From positions 1-38,867 of the forward strand of contig CAZGMV010000001.1 in the NCBI GenBank assembly GCA_964526875.1: a stretch of DNA of 38,867 nucleotides, in the 5' to 3' direction. The notes beneath the pieces are model-generated. The model searched no databases. It saw only the letters and a program-made list of their open reading frames with translations, and was not told the origin of the DNA. Each line of letters begins with the position of its first letter. Within the stretch, counting starts at the first letter, position 1. A program made the position numbers and the translations under genes. This document shows, piece by piece, positions 25,044-31,962 of the stretch. Origin of the DNA: Candidatus Woesearchaeota archaeon (GTDB lineage Archaea > Nanobdellota > Nanobdellia > CAZGMV01).

Positions 25044-25640
25044 TTAGCTTAATTCAACAATTAATGTCTTATGATCATAAATTTCATTACTTTCGCAATC
25101 ATCTGGAATATTATTTCCATTGTAATTACCTTTACATACATAAATTTTGAATATATAATTTCCCGCATTCTTACCTTTTGGCCCATTAACAATTAAAGCA
25201 TCTTTATATGTTGAAGCACTTTTAACAACAGTTGGCTTAAGCCATTGTAAAAACCATTTCTTTTTTTCTTCATCATTACAATTCCAATTAGGATCTCCAG
25301 TACTACTTACACAATTAATTGCCATGTAAAATGTTTGATCTTGATTGTCAAAATTTTGAACATAATAACCAATAGCCTGTACTTCCCCAATCTTTAATTG
25401 GATCTTGTCTTTAGCTAAAAAAAATCTAGCATTAGGATCCTCTACTACTAAAGAATTAATTGCTTGTTTTGTAATCTCATTCATTTCTTTTGTCTGTGAA
25501 GTCAAACCACCAAAGAAATTTTTAATCCAAGCAATTGCCAATATTAATAAAACAAAACCGATAGCTACCACTATAATCATATTTATTGGCAAAGACATTG
25601 ACTTTTTTATTTTCCCTTTCTTCTTACTTACCATTTTCAA
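25044..25640 (-). CDS. Pilin-like (class III signal peptide) protein with a Cys-containing globular domain
   Basis: N-terminus KKKGKIKKSMSLPINMIIVVAIGFVLLILAIAWI. Paired cysteines follow (NCVSSTGDPNWNC, VCKGNYNGNNIPDDC). Confidence 0.5.
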   Translation of the reverse strand: MKMVSKKKGKIKKSMSLPINMIIVVAIGFVLLILAIAWIKNFFGGLTSQTKEMNEITKQAINSLVVEDPNARFFLAKDKIQLKIGEVQAIGYYVQNFDNQDQTFYMAINCVSSTGDPNWNCNDEEKKKWFLQWLKPTVVKSASTYKDALIVNGPKGKNAGNYIFKIYVCKGNYNGNNIPDDCESNEIYDHKTLIVELS

Positions 25641-25729
25641 TTCTGAAAATTTTTAGTTTTTAAAATTATTTTGTTTACTTATAGTAGTTACAAATTATTA
25701 TAAAAAATAAACGAAAATGTTTTTTAATT

Positions 25730-26059
25730 ATGGGGGAACTTAATTTTAGTGATGCTTTTCAATATTTAGTTAACTCAGGTTTTATTGATTATGTTGTTTC
25801 TTTTATTTTAATTTTTACGGTTGTTTTTTATATATTAAGAATAATTCCTTTATTTAAAAAACATAAAGGAGCAAATCAACTAATTTCTTTTGCTATAGCC
25901 TTAATTTTTATATCCAATCAAAATTACGTAAGAGTTGTTAAGTATATAATCTATGATTATTCAACAATAATAATAACTACTCTTTTAATTGCTATGATTG
26001 TATCTTTTATTTTATACGTACAAGCAAATTATAGTAAAGGAGAAAACGAAGGTAAATGA
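25730..26059 (+). CDS. Small polytopic membrane protein (hypothetical)
   Basis: 109 aa with three hydrophobic helices. It is divergent from the pilin-like gene. Confidence 0.4.
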   Translation: MGELNFSDAFQYLVNSGFIDYVVSFILIFTVVFYILRIIPLFKKHKGANQLISFAIALIFISNQNYVRVVKYIIYDYSTIIITTLLIAMIVSFILYVQANYSKGENEGK

Positions 26060-26096
26060 AGGAAAAAAGTAAAATAAAAGACAAAAAGGTGGAAAA

Positions 26097-26414
26097 ATGT
26101 CTGAAAATGGGAAAAAAGAAGAAAAACAAAGAGAAAATAAAGATCTTAAACCTTTTTTAGTAGGATTAGGTGTTCTTTTATTAGCATCTATTGCAATTTA
26201 TAATTATGACACTCAATTAAGTTTTACAAATGGTGAAGAAGGTAGTTTTTTATATAGAGCTTTTTATGCAATAGCAGGAGCACTAGGAGCTATTGCCAAT
26301 CTACTTAAAAAAGCTATTGATGAGATTACTTCCCATTTAGGAACAGAATTTTGGAGTGTTTTAGTTGTTTTAATAGTATTTGTTGTATTAGCAGTATATA
26401 TATCAAAAGAATAA
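26097..26414 (+). CDS. Small membrane protein (hypothetical)
   Basis: 105 aa with two hydrophobic helices. AGGTGG (26087-26092) lies 4 nt upstream of the ATG. Confidence 0.4.
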   Translation: MSENGKKEEKQRENKDLKPFLVGLGVLLLASIAIYNYDTQLSFTNGEEGSFLYRAFYAIAGALGAIANLLKKAIDEITSHLGTEFWSVLVVLIVFVVLAVYISKE

Positions 26415-26419
26415 ATAAA

Positions 26420-26923
26420 ATGTTACCAATTCCTGAAAGTTTGGCAAAAGTACTTTTCTCAATTGTTTTGTTCATTTTTTTAATGACTTTGTCTTATGTT
26501 GTACTAGGAAGTTTACAACTTCTAAAAGACAATAAAGGATTAAAAACAATATTAAGTTTTTCTTTCTCTTTCTTAATCCTTTATTTCATCCTTTTTTCAC
26601 CTTTTGGAAAATACTTTACAGAGGTTGTTTTACCTTTCGTTTTAATAGGATTTTTCTTTTTAGTTTTAGTTAGTGCTTTATTCCCTACTGTTGGAGTAAA
26701 ATTTGGGGAAAAAGAGGAAGAAAATTCTTTTATTTCAATAAATTCAACAATTATTATGTGGGCAGGCATAGCAATTTTACTTATTAGTATTCTAGCAGCT
26801 TTTAGACAAATGGGTTATAGTGTTGTCGACAAACTTCTAACACCTTCAGTATTTGGAGTTTTATTATTCTTCTTAATGGCTTATTTTGTTATACTAAGCT
26901 TCGAAAGTGAGGGGAGTAAATAG
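26420..26923 (+). CDS. Polytopic membrane protein (hypothetical)
   Basis: The in-frame ATG at 26420 (MLPIPESLAKVLF...) avoids overlapping the preceding gene; the track ORF starts at 26351. About five hydrophobic helices. Confidence 0.4.
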   Translation: MLPIPESLAKVLFSIVLFIFLMTLSYVVLGSLQLLKDNKGLKTILSFSFSFLILYFILFSPFGKYFTEVVLPFVLIGFFFLVLVSALFPTVGVKFGEKEEENSFISINSTIIMWAGIAILLISILAAFRQMGYSVVDKLLTPSVFGVLLFFLMAYFVILSFESEGSK

Positions 26924-26938
26924 TCAAAATAAAAAGAA

Positions 26939-27625
26939 CTATTGTTTTTTAACTTTTTCAATTAGATAATCTAAATTAGGAAAATCTAAGGAATTTTCAA
27001 TTTCTTGAATAATTTTTGCTACAAATAGTTCATCTTTTCTACTTTCTCCTTTAATCCAAACAACACCATTTTGCCCAACAATTATTTCAGTATTGGTTTT
27101 TTCTTTTAACTCATTAACATTTTTTCCTTTTTTTCCCAGAATCTTAGCCACTTTAGCAGGAGAAACAAAAGTTATCAAACCACCTTTTAATTTCTTTATA
27201 GGACTATCCTTAACACTAACTCTGACAGTTTTATTTCTTGTTACTCTAATAACTTTAGCCAAAATTACATCGCCTACATCATAAATTTTTGACAAATCAA
27301 CTTCATCAGGATTTAATCTTTCACTTACAGCATCTCTTAAAAACAAAACTGCTGAAAAAGGACTATTAATATCAACTAACCAAGAAGTAGGCATTACCTC
27401 CTTTATTTCCCCAATAACCAAATCTCCTTCCTCTGGCAAATATTGCTTATTTAAAGGAATAACTCTTATTGTGTTATCTTTAATCTCAACAATCCCATAA
27501 AATTTTGAAATTATCTCTTCATTTTCTCTATAAACACCTTTTAAAGGAAAAATATTAATTCCTTTAGCTAAAACTTGCCCGGGATAAACAATTTCTTTAT
27601 TTTTGACAAAAATCTCTACCATCAT
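26939..27625 (-). CDS. rrp4: Exosome complex RNA-binding protein Rrp4 (S1 plus KH)
   Basis: S1 segment GDLVIGEIKEVMPTSWLVDINSPFSAVL, and KH segment VSPAKVAKILGKKGKNVNELKEKTNTEIIVGQNGVVWI. Confidence 0.8.
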   Translation of the reverse strand: MMVEIFVKNKEIVYPGQVLAKGINIFPLKGVYRENEEIISKFYGIVEIKDNTIRVIPLNKQYLPEEGDLVIGEIKEVMPTSWLVDINSPFSAVLFLRDAVSERLNPDEVDLSKIYDVGDVILAKVIRVTRNKTVRVSVKDSPIKKLKGGLITFVSPAKVAKILGKKGKNVNELKEKTNTEIIVGQNGVVWIKGESRKDELFVAKIIQEIENSLDFPNLDYLIEKVKKQ

Positions 27626-27662
27626 CTCACCTTAGGATTTAGTTTAAAATCTTTTAATTATT

Positions 27663-27670
27663 TTTATAAG
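27663..27670 (+). promoter_or_regulatory. TATA box (TTTATAAG) for aIF1A
   Basis: The centre is 24.5 nt from ATG 27691. Confidence 0.45.
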
Positions 27671-27690
27671 TTTTTTTGTAAATTTTCTTT

Positions 27691-28056
27691 ATGGATAAAA
27701 AAGAAAAAGATTTAATATTAGAAGACTTAAAAGACGAAAGTGTTCAAATAGAGATTAGGAAAATCCCTTTACCAAAAGATGATGAAGTTATAGGTATTGT
27801 AGAAAGCAGACTAGGAGGACCAAGAATGAGGGTAAAGTGTTTTGATGGAAAAACAAGAATTGGTAGAGTTCCTGGAAGATTACAAAGGAAATTATGGATT
27901 AAAGAAGGAGATTATGTACTATGTAAACCATGGGAATTACAAAAAGATGAAAGATGTGATATAATTTATAAATACACAAAAACCCAAGTCAATCATCTAA
28001 AAGCAAAAGGGATTATTAATGAAGTAGAAGACTCGTTCTTTGAAGAAGAATTTTAA
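27691..28056 (+). CDS. eif1a: Translation initiation factor aIF1A
   Basis: S1-like OB core GIVESRLGGPRMRVKCFDGKTRIGRVPGRLQRKLWIKEGDYVL...CDIIYKY. Confidence 0.9.
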   Translation: MDKKEKDLILEDLKDESVQIEIRKIPLPKDDEVIGIVESRLGGPRMRVKCFDGKTRIGRVPGRLQRKLWIKEGDYVLCKPWELQKDERCDIIYKYTKTQVNHLKAKGIINEVEDSFFEEEF

Positions 28057-29465
28057 CTAGTTAAAAAATTCAACCTTTTAATTTTTTCAAAACTTTTATA
28101 TAGAGAATTCCTATAAAAGTTGTATAGGTCTTTTAACCTTGTAAAAATAACATTTATTTTGTCTTTAACAAACACTCCATTCTCTTTAAATTTTTCAATT
28201 TTCTCTTTATAGAGACCTCTAAACTTTTCTCTCACTTTTGAATACAAACCTTTAAGTGGTTTAATATACTTATCTTCTAAATAATCAAAGAAATTATTTT
28301 CAAAAACATTATAACTTCTATCTTTTAAATTTTCTTTTTTAACTTCCTGTTCTACATCAGTTATTCCATAAATATTTCCTATTTTATCAATAAACCGTTC
28401 TTTATTCAAGGAATAAAAAGAATTGTTTCCTAAATGTATAAATATTGGAGCCCTATCATAAGTAGGTGTGGATAAATTAGCATAAAAAGTTTCAGAAGAG
28501 TTTAATTCACTTACTTCATTACCATTTATATCATAAACTCTATTGAAACCTTCCAAATGACCTCCTATGGCAAAAGGAATATTGTTTTCTTTAATTAATT
28601 TTCCTAACCAAGGGTCTCCCACATGTTTATCAATTAATTCAATTTTACCTTCTCTTAAAAGTTGTTCTAAGGTTTTTTTATTTATTGCAAATAAAGGAAT
28701 TTCTTCTCCTTTTTTAACAACATTACTATTAAAATTTAAATCTTCTTTAACTTTAATATACTTTGCAACATCAATATCTAAACCTTCAATATAAGGAGGG
28801 TCGTGGGAAATAATTAAATCTATTTTCTTATCCCTAAATTTCTCATATATCTCTTTCGGATTTATATTATAAATAAAAGAATTGTTTAAAAAATTTATTT
28901 CACTTAAGATAGATTGAATTTCTTTGCTATCTCCTTTTTCTAAAGCCTGGAAATAAAGAATTTTTAACTTTCTATAATGCTCTACTAATTCATTTACTTC
29001 CTTATCACTCATTTTCCTAAACTTTTTATTTTCTATAGCATAAAAACCAGAAGGTAATTCTTCATTTCTAGTAATATTACCAGGTTTTATCAACCTATAA
29101 GCACCAGGAACAAATAAAATTCTTTTACCATTTAATTCCTTAATCTCAGGATCTATTACATAATGAACATTAGGATATTTTTCTTCGATGCTTTTTTGAC
29201 TCAAAACTTCAAAAATGTTTTCATGATTTCCTTGATTAATTATTATTTGAGGAAGTTTTTCACTTTTTAACTCTTCTAAAGCCTTATACAAAGAGTTTAA
29301 ATGATAAATATAATCCCCATTTAAAACAATAAAAAAATTATTTTCACTGGCTGTTTTTAAAGTTTCTTTAAAAAGCCTATAACTCTCTTCCTGACTAATT
29401 CTATGTTGTAGATCAGATAAATACACTAAATTTAGAATGTCTTTTATCTTATTTTCTAAACCCAC
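28053..29465 (-). CDS. Calcineurin-like metallophosphoesterase with internal insertion and K-rich C-terminal tail
   Basis: Ordered motifs LSDLQH (DxH), LNGDYI (GD), NQGNHEN (GNHE), ISHDPP (H), GGHLEG (GH). Confidence 0.6.
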   Translation of the reverse strand: MGLENKIKDILNLVYLSDLQHRISQEESYRLFKETLKTASENNFFIVLNGDYIYHLNSLYKALEELKSEKLPQIIINQGNHENIFEVLSQKSIEEKYPNVHYVIDPEIKELNGKRILFVPGAYRLIKPGNITRNEELPSGFYAIENKKFRKMSDKEVNELVEHYRKLKILYFQALEKGDSKEIQSILSEINFLNNSFIYNINPKEIYEKFRDKKIDLIISHDPPYIEGLDIDVAKYIKVKEDLNFNSNVVKKGEEIPLFAINKKTLEQLLREGKIELIDKHVGDPWLGKLIKENNIPFAIGGHLEGFNRVYDINGNEVSELNSSETFYANLSTPTYDRAPIFIHLGNNSFYSLNKERFIDKIGNIYGITDVEQEVKKENLKDRSYNVFENNFFDYLEDKYIKPLKGLYSKVREKFRGLYKEKIEKFKENGVFVKDKINVIFTRLKDLYNFYRNSLYKSFEKIKRLNFLTS

Positions 29466-29517
29466 TATTTATCATACTTTTTTTGTTTTATAAATATTTA
29501 TTCTAAAAATAAAATAA

Positions 29518-30066
29518 CTATATTCTTGAGAACAACAAATCATTTCTAACTTTTTTAATAAATTTAAAACCCTTATTCTTAAACAAGTTTTTCCAATATT
29601 TTTCTCCTTTTGATTTATACATAACGCTATGTATTTGCATATTTTTTAAACTTAAGATTCTTAGCACACTTTCTTCTTCCAAATTCTGTAAAGAAGAACA
29701 TGAAATCAAAATATTTCTTTTATTATTCTCAATTTTCTTAAAACAAAAATTATTTAAATCACAATTAATCAAAAAATCGTAGATGTTTTTGTTTTTATTA
29801 ATTTTTAAAGAATTAAAAGATAAATCCAAACCAAATAACTTTATTTTTCTACCTTTTATCTTTTTTAAAAAAAATAAATCATTAAATCCGACACCACAGC
29901 CTAAATCAAAGATTACCAACTTTTTTTCTCTAGAATTATTTAAATAATTAATTAATTCTTCCAACAAAGTAAACCATTTCTCTCTTTGCTCTTCTCCATA
30001 AAGTTCTTCATAGTTAAAAGCTAATTGGTCATAGAATTCCATGACTTGTTTAGTCCTTTCTAACAT
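29518..30066 (-). CDS. Class I SAM-dependent methyltransferase
   Basis: Motif I VIFDLGCGVGFN, with a downstream GLDLS acidic motif. Confidence 0.6.
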   Translation of the reverse strand: MLERTKQVMEFYDQLAFNYEELYGEEQREKWFTLLEELINYLNNSREKKLVIFDLGCGVGFNDLFFLKKIKGRKIKLFGLDLSFNSLKINKNKNIYDFLINCDLNNFCFKKIENNKRNILISCSSLQNLEEESVLRILSLKNMQIHSVMYKSKGEKYWKNLFKNKGFKFIKKVRNDLLFSRI

Positions 30067-30092
30067 TGTTTATTCCTTTAGAATAATTAAAG

Positions 30093-30163
30093 TGCGCCCG
30101 CCGGGATTCGAACCCGGGCCATTGGCTTGGAAGGCCAAGGTACTGCCACTATACTACGGGCGC
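30093..30163 (-). tRNA. tRNA-Gly (anticodon UCC)
   Basis: The reverse complement folds as a cloverleaf. Acceptor GCGCCCG/CGGGCGC, D arm GTAT-AGTGGCA-GTAC, anticodon arm TTGGC-CTTCCAA-GCCAA, T arm CCGGG-TTCGAAT-CCCGG, discriminator A. No encoded CCA and no intron. Confidence 0.92.
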
Positions 30164-30192
30164 TTTTGAACTAAATTAGAATAATGGAAAAT

Positions 30193-30200
30193 TTTATAAA
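30193..30200 (-). promoter_or_regulatory. TATA box TTTATAAA upstream of tRNA-Gly
   Basis: The octamer sits about 30 nt upstream of the mature 5' end at 30163. Confidence 0.45.
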
Positions 30201-30202
30201 AC

Positions 30203-30715
30203 TTATTTGTCTGAATGTTGTAAGTATTGTATTTTTTCTCCTTCAGAATAAACAAATTCCTCTTGAACTTTGTAATCAGCTAAACTTTCCAAAGGAGCCC
30301 CACAATTACTACAAATAAAAGAGTTCTCCATAGCTTCAAAATAGTCAAATGTTGTGTTGCAGAAGGAACATACAAAATTTGAGTTTTCTGAAAATATTTG
30401 AGAAGATATTTCCTTTTCTTCACTTTTTTTAGACTCTAAGAACCTTTCAATTTCCTTAAAGTTTACATGCCAAGAATTTACATACCAGCCCTTTTCATTG
30501 ACCTTCCAGAATTTTGAGAAAACAAGATTTTGATTTTGGAGATGATAAAGAATTTTTCTCACATCATGGACATCTTTTTTCAGAATTTGGGCGATGAGGT
30601 TTTCATCCTTTCTTTCTCCAGAAATATCGGAATGAATCAAGACTTCTAAGACTAATAAATAATCCTTGGCTAAATAGGGTTCTAACTTGGCTAAATATTC
30701 TTCTTTAATCCCCAT
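30203..30715 (-). CDS. tfe: Transcription factor E (TFE alpha)
   Basis: N-terminal winged helix followed by the zinc ribbon CSFCNTTFDYFEAME..FICSNCGAPL. GGTGA lies 4 nt upstream of the ATG. Confidence 0.7.
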   Translation of the reverse strand: MGIKEEYLAKLEPYLAKDYLLVLEVLIHSDISGERKDENLIAQILKKDVHDVRKILYHLQNQNLVFSKFWKVNEKGWYVNSWHVNFKEIERFLESKKSEEKEISSQIFSENSNFVCSFCNTTFDYFEAMENSFICSNCGAPLESLADYKVQEEFVYSEGEKIQYLQHSDK

Positions 30716-30793
30716 TCTCTCACCATTTTAGAATATAATTTTGTCAATAATGAGCGTACTAATATCTAAGAAAAAAATTTTATAAATTTAATC

Positions 30794-31072
30794 TTACCTA
30801 AGCTTTATAAATAGTTGATAACCACAATTTTTGCAGACACTTATTTTATAATTTTTATTAACCCTATATTTTAAATCCAAAGAAAAACATTTTACACAAA
30901 TTTTAGTTTCCTTTTTTCTTAATTTATTTTCCAATTCCCTAATTCTCAAAGCAATTTGTTTTTTTAATTCTTTATCTTCTACTTCCTTAATTAAAGAAAG
31001 TAATTGTCTATAATAATTTTTATAAAAACTCTCTTTTGCTTTTAAGTAACTTTTAACTTTCTTTTTTTTCAT
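30794..31072 (-). CDS. rnp4: RNase P protein component 4 (Rpp21)
   Basis: Helical N-terminal part plus the zinc ribbon CVKCFSL...VCKNCGY. The ATG at 31072 (MKKKKVKSYL) avoids overlap with ppa. Confidence 0.55.
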   Translation of the reverse strand: MKKKKVKSYLKAKESFYKNYYRQLLSLIKEVEDKELKKQIALRIRELENKLRKKETKICVKCFSLDLKYRVNKNYKISVCKNCGYQLFIKLR

Positions 31073-31091
31073 TTTAAGAAAAAATAAAAAA

Positions 31092-31625
31092 TTAAACTTT
31101 ACCAAAATGTTTCTTGTATTTATCAATACCTGCTAAAATAGCTTCTTCTGCTTTTTCTTTTCCAAAGAATCCCAAAACTTTTGTTTCTTTTCCTTGTAAT
31201 TCTTTGTATCTATTAAAGAAATGTTCAATTTCCTTCAACAAATGTTGAGGCAAATCACTAATATCCTCAACTTCGTTAAATCTTGGATCTTTTGCTGGAA
31301 CAGCTATTACTTTATCGTCTATTTCCCCACTATCTTCCATTTTCATTAATCCTATCGGCCTTACATCAACTAGAACTCCAGGATGCCAAGGTTCATAAGA
31401 GATAACTAAAACGTCTAAAGGATCTCCATCCTCCCACCAAGTTTGTGGAAAGAAGCCATAGTTAGCAGGATAAACGAAAGGGGAATAAAGAACTCTATCA
31501 ATTTTGATCAAACCTGTTTCTTTGTCAACTTCATACTTAACCCTGCTACCTTGTGGGATTTCAATAACTGCTGTAGCAATTTTTGGAACTTTGCTTCCTA
31601 TGTCTATATCCAAAATGTTTTTCAT
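31092..31625 (-). CDS. ppa: Inorganic pyrophosphatase (family I)
   Basis: EIPQGSRVKYEVDKETG, YPANYGFFPQTWWEDGDPLDVLV, GEIDDKVIAV. Confidence 0.95.
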   Translation of the reverse strand: MKNILDIDIGSKVPKIATAVIEIPQGSRVKYEVDKETGLIKIDRVLYSPFVYPANYGFFPQTWWEDGDPLDVLVISYEPWHPGVLVDVRPIGLMKMEDSGEIDDKVIAVPAKDPRFNEVEDISDLPQHLLKEIEHFFNRYKELQGKETKVLGFFGKEKAEEAILAGIDKYKKHFGKV

Positions 31626-31679
31626 TTTAATTAAAAAATGTACTTAAAAATTATAAATATTTTCTAACCTTATTTATTA

Positions 31680-31856
31680 ATGACTGCTCAAGAAATTAAA
31701 AATAAAGAAGTTAAAGAAAAAAACGAAAATATGTTAGAAGAAGAATTTTTTGAAATTGATGAGAATGAAATAAACTATGGTTTAAAAGAAGAAGAACTTG
31801 AACAAATTGAAGAGGAATTGTTTGCTCAACTAGATGAAGAAGAATTAGAGGAATAA
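31680..31856 (+). CDS. Small (58 aa) highly acidic protein, not in the ORF track
   Basis: ATG 31680 to TAA 31854-31856 (177 nt, in frame), translating to MTAQEIKNKEVKEKNENMLEEEFFEIDENEINYGLKEEELEQIEEELFAQLDEEELEE. An ATTATAAA TATA-like element lies about 26 nt upstream and is shared with divergent ppa. Confidence 0.3.
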   Translation: MTAQEIKNKEVKEKNENMLEEEFFEIDENEINYGLKEEELEQIEEELFAQLDEEELEE

Positions 31857-31962
31857 ATTTTACTTATTATATTTTTATTGTTTTATTTCTAAATGATTCT
31901 TAATAAATAACTAGAAATTTTTATCCTTCAAACCTGTTAATTATATCTAAAAAAATAAAAAA

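Noticed and set aside
26351-26419. Cys-rich N-terminal extension (MECFSCFNSICC...) of the ORF 26351-26923.
   Set aside because: The extension overlaps the 3' end of the preceding gene (26097-26414) in another frame. The in-frame ATG at 26420 begins directly with a membrane helix just after that gene's stop, so the extension is most likely not translated.
27626-27631. GGTGAG (reverse strand) as a Shine-Dalgarno sequence for rrp4.
   Set aside because: It directly abuts the first ATG (0-nt spacing, and 3 nt to the second ATG). That is too close for a functional SD, so it was not annotated.
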